The translations under genes were made by a program, and so were the position numbers. DNA of 52,538 nt, the filler included, from Squatina squatina (Eukaryota): NCBI GenBank assembly GCA_031763465.1. It is 3 parts of 3 records of this genome, joined end to end, with 100 filler letters (N's around TTAATTAATTAA, not from the genome) between each part and the next. Parts side by side here need not be neighbours in the genome. Positions count along the whole stretch, not along the records: positions 37,171 to 52,538 come from JARFOE010000192.1; 2 more parts are not named here. One strand, 5' to 3'. Positions 48,820-52,538 of this stretch are shown piece by piece. The notes beneath the pieces are model-generated. The model was not told the origin of the DNA. It ran no database searches and was given only the letters and a program-made list of their open reading frames with translations. Position 1 is the first letter of the stretch. Each line of letters starts with the position of its first letter.

Positions 48820-49175
48820 AGTTTTTAAATCCTTCCATGGCCTCAGCCCTCCCTATCTCTGTAAACTCCTCCAGCCGTACAACCCTCCGAGACCTCTGGG
48901 CTCCTCCTATTCTCACCTCTTGCGCATTAACCATTGGCAGCCGTGCCTTCAACTGCCAAGGCCCTAAGCTCTAGAATTCCCTCCCTGAACCCCTCCACCT
49001 CTCCACCTCTCTCGCCTCCTTTAAGACACCACTTAAAACCTACCTCTTTGACCAAGCTTTTGGTCACCTGTCCTAATATCTCCTTATGTAGCTCGGTGTC
49101 AAATTTTGTTTGACAACACGGCTGTAAGACGTCTTGAGACATTTTATTATGTTAAATGCATTATATAAATGCAAG
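48820..49175 (+). mobile_element. L2-type LINE 3' end
   Basis: VFKSFHGLSPPYLCKLLQPYNPPRPL C-terminal motif and tail TATATAAATGCAAG. Confidence 0.8.
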
Positions 49176-50289
49176 ATAACGTTGCTTGTAAATAACCTGC
49201 TCAATTTTACCCACCATCGTTCTCAGTTTTCACCAGGTGGGTAGGGTTAAAAATCAACTCCATTTAGTGAATCCTTTTTAATTTAGAAGTGTAGTAATTC
49301 TTTTATAACGAACAACAATGCACAAAAATAGGTCAAACGGAAGGAAAATCAGAAAAAATTGCAATAAAGAGGAGACTGTTTCTTCACCAGTACCTGTTAA
49401 CACTTGTTTCAAACTGAAAACATACTTCATTCCCTGAGACATACAGTAATTACCTCAATCCCCAATTACTGCCGACAAATTTAAATGCAGAAAGGTTTCA
49501 GACTAAAATTAACTTATTAGTGAGCTGAAATAAACATCAGATTAGCTTCATTAAATTATATTAACAACTTTTAGAGTAAAAATTAGAATGCACTATGAAA
49601 ACAGTTTTTTTATTAAAGGAAATTTATGGAGATTTATGGAGATTTCCACAATGCAGTGGTTGATATTAATATATTTGCTTGCATACATAATACAAGACCT
49701 AATAAAAGATTTAATAAATGGGCTGGTATTTAAGGGAAAATTGATGGGGTACAGGAAAGATTCCGGCAGCTTTATGACATAATAGAGAAATATACAGTTA
49801 CGTGTGAAAAGACTTTACTCATTAATGACTGCTATGGCTCAATTATGAAAGCAAAACCTTTACTAACTTTGAATAATGACGGAGTCAAAGAAAAGCGTAT
49901 ATCATTGCATACATTGAGTACTTAAAGTACATTTATTAGAAGTGAAGATTATGTGATGAAATGATACCTGAAAAAGGTTTTGCTGCTCACAAGACATATA
50001 ATAGGATTTTTTTTTTCATTCTTTATCACCTCAGGGCAAGTGAATATCTTGCTACAGATATTTACTGCCAGTCTCAGGAACACATAATAAAGAGGGACTG
50101 AGCTACACAGACTGAAGANNNNNNNNNNNNNNNNNNNNNNNNNNNNNNNNNNNNNNNNNNNNNNNNNNNNNNNNNNNNNNNNNNNNNNNNNNNNNNNNNN
50201 NNNNNNNNNNNNNNNNNNAGCAGAGGATGGAGGAAACAAAAGTGAGCTAGCATTCGAGGGTGTGCATTTCAAGATATTACCCACCCCCA

Positions 50290-50465
50290 AAGAATACACT
50301 GAAGGGGAAGCTGGATAAGCACACGAGGGAGAAAGGAATAGAAGAATGTGTTGATGAGGTTAATGAAGAAGAATGGGAGGAGGCTCGTGTGTGGAGCAGA
50401 AACACTGCATGAATGTGCTGTGCTGAATGGCCTGTTTCTACACTGCAAATATTTTGTAATATTTT
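50290..50465 (+). mobile_element. CR1 3' tail
   Basis: AAGGGGAAGCTGGATAAGCAC...GCTGAATGGCCTGTTTCT..(ATATTTTGTA)n tail. Confidence 0.65.
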
Positions 50466-50589
50466 GCAATACATGGGCAGAAACAGGTCCTGTGAAGAAC
50501 TTGTTGAGGAGGTCTCTATTGAAAAAGTGCACTGCACCAAAGAGTAAAGAGGGGGCCTATGGCAGCTACTGCATTTGGGTGGGCATCTG

Positions 50590-50710
50590 TGATCATCTGC
50601 TTGGACCTGTGTGCCTGTGGCTCTGAAGGTCACAACCACACTCAACTTTCACGGCACGGGGTCATTTCAGGTTGTCACAGTGTGTCTGTGTAATCCCACG
50701 CAGGGTATCG
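50590..50710 (+). mobile_element. Harbinger (HARBI1-like) transposase remnant
   Basis: VPVALKVTTTLNFHGTGSFQ resembles the Harbinger N-terminal motif LPVAVKVT.ALNF.A.GSFQ. Confidence 0.65.
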
Positions 50711-52538
50711 TCTGAGCATGTTTTTTGCTAAGTGCCTGACAGATTAGGGAATTCATCCAGTTTAGGATCACAGCAAAGCTGCAGTAAGATCGGGCCCCAC
50801 GTTTTATCCCTCACCTCTTTGACCTTCCAATTCAAGTTTTAAGTTTTTCAGTAAAACACACAACCTGTATTTAACCTGTGCCAACAGTGGATAAATTCCA
50901 ATAAACATTCACAAAATTTCAAGCTTGTTGTTAGTAGCCAGTGTGTTTATAGATGTTCCTCTTTCTTAATTCGTTGTCCTGACCTAACTGTCTTGCATAA
51001 ATATGCTCATCATGACTCTTACACGGCAATATTTTGACTGAAAGGGGTTCCTTAAGCATCAGTAAATCTGACATCTGCCATTTTGACTTAGTGTCATGAA
51101 GCCTTTGAGGGAACATGGTTATATCCNNNNNNNNNNNNNNNNNNNNNNNNNNNNNNNNNNNNNNNNNNNNNNNNNNNNNNNNNNNNNNNNNNNNNNNNNN
51201 NNNNNNNNNNNNNNNNNNNNNNNNNNCCACAAGGCATCTCCATGGGCGTCTTTGATGTTATTAAGCTGTTTACTGAGTTGCACCATTATCAAATAGAAGG
51301 CTTGCCAACAAAATATTTTAGTTTGGAGTTCAGAAATTCCTGGTGAGCTCGAGTCCTTCAGTGTTATCTTGATCTAATTAGAGTTCAATTAGTTGGTTTA
51401 TCTCAGTTGGTTTATTGTTAAGATATGAATTTGACAGCCAGCCTCACAAAATAAAAGCTTGTGTTTGAGTTGGTATTTTTTTATTTGCTCCTAAGTGTTA
51501 GGAAGATTGCATTTTGGGCGTCACCATCATGCATTCCTCTTGCTGGAATGATGCAATGCTATGAGACAAACTCACAGTTTGCTAACTCTCTCGCTGGTCT
51601 TTCAGCACCAAATGTCTACTCTTGTTTGTAAGTAGCATCCGTCAGCCTTAAGGCAAATTTCTTTTGCTATCTGTAGCCCAACATTTCACCCAGCCAATGA
51701 CAACAAACTGAGATTCTTTCGTTTTTTTCATTGACATGAGCTGACACTCTGGACTTTGAGATGCAACTGTGCCCACATGCGTGTAAAGTTCATGTAAAGT
51801 ATCTCTGGTTCCAACAAATGCACTTTTAAAGAAGCCAACAACATAATGGGCCTGAAATTGCGATCGGAGGCTTCCTGCGTGCCTCTGATTGCAATTTTGT
51901 CTACGTACTTACCTAAGGGTACTGNNNNNNNNNNNNNNNNNNNNNNNNNNNNNNNNNNNNNNNNNNNNNNNNNNNNNNNNNNNNNNNNNNNNNNNNNNNN
52001 NNNNNNNNNNNNNNNNNNNNNNNNTCTGCATTTTCATGTTTCACTCCCCTCCTCTTAGCAACTTTGATGTGTTTGCTTTGCGTCTGCTCCAGATGCAAAA
52101 GAGAATACCAGCTACAAAGATAGTTTCATTAAAATGTAAAAGCTAAAGTGTAATCATTTAAATTGCAAATGCAATAACAGAGGGAAGTTAATACATAAGA
52201 AGGAAGCAATGTGCTTGGCAGTGCCTTGATCATTCCCCTTGTGAAATATCTAAAAAGCAAGAAGAACTTTTAAGAATGGTAGTGATAGAAATAGATTTCA
52301 CCAAAGCACTTGTGGAGATAGGCTGTGCAGTGAAAATCTCTCTCAAACAGGAATGTGTTTATAAGTGAAGTGAATGTGAAAGAGCTTAACAAAGTCTCAC
52401 TATCAATACAGTCACCAGCAATTACACTGGACACGTGTATCATGGACAGTCACCTATATTGGGCAAATGGTGCTAGCCATTTGTCATTACAACAGGAAAG
52501 GTGCCGTTTTTACCCCTCAACCAACACCACTAAAGAAC

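Overview
This is vertebrate, intron-containing genomic DNA, most likely from a cartilaginous fish (shark-type SINE/LINE repertoire; the choline transporter resembles Torpedo CHT1 as I recall it). It is a fragmented scaffold: short contigs joined mostly by 100-N gaps and split into three unrelated blocks by two artificial N44-TTAATTAATTAA-N44 linkers (22310-22409, 37071-37170). Distances between contigs are therefore not real, and most ORFs in the six-frame track are artefacts of N-runs or tandem repeats. Block 1 (1-22309) holds exons of two tandem SLC5A7 choline-transporter genes (one canonical, one divergent paralogue with intact visible exons), ST6GAL2, UXS1 and ECRG4, in the order and orientation of human 2q12. 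It also contains two gap-free chimeric joins: a BCR/ABR exon after a truncated ST6GAL2 exon, and a bacterial cupin gene end with its terminator. Block 2 (22410-37070) holds nested transposons (RTE LINE, Deu-type SINE, Harbinger with a Tx1-like insert and 16-bp target-site duplication), a 3.8-kb 27-bp minisatellite, two SUSD2-family exons and two independently disabled DUSP18/21-like copies. Block 3 (37171-52538) holds a STYXL2 (DUSP27) exon and repeats. Minimal hammerhead-ribozyme motifs occur in a Penelope-type short repeat. I see no demonstrably new system; the best biological lead is the divergent SLC5A7 paralogue. All gene calls come from my own translation and recalled homology, not database searches.
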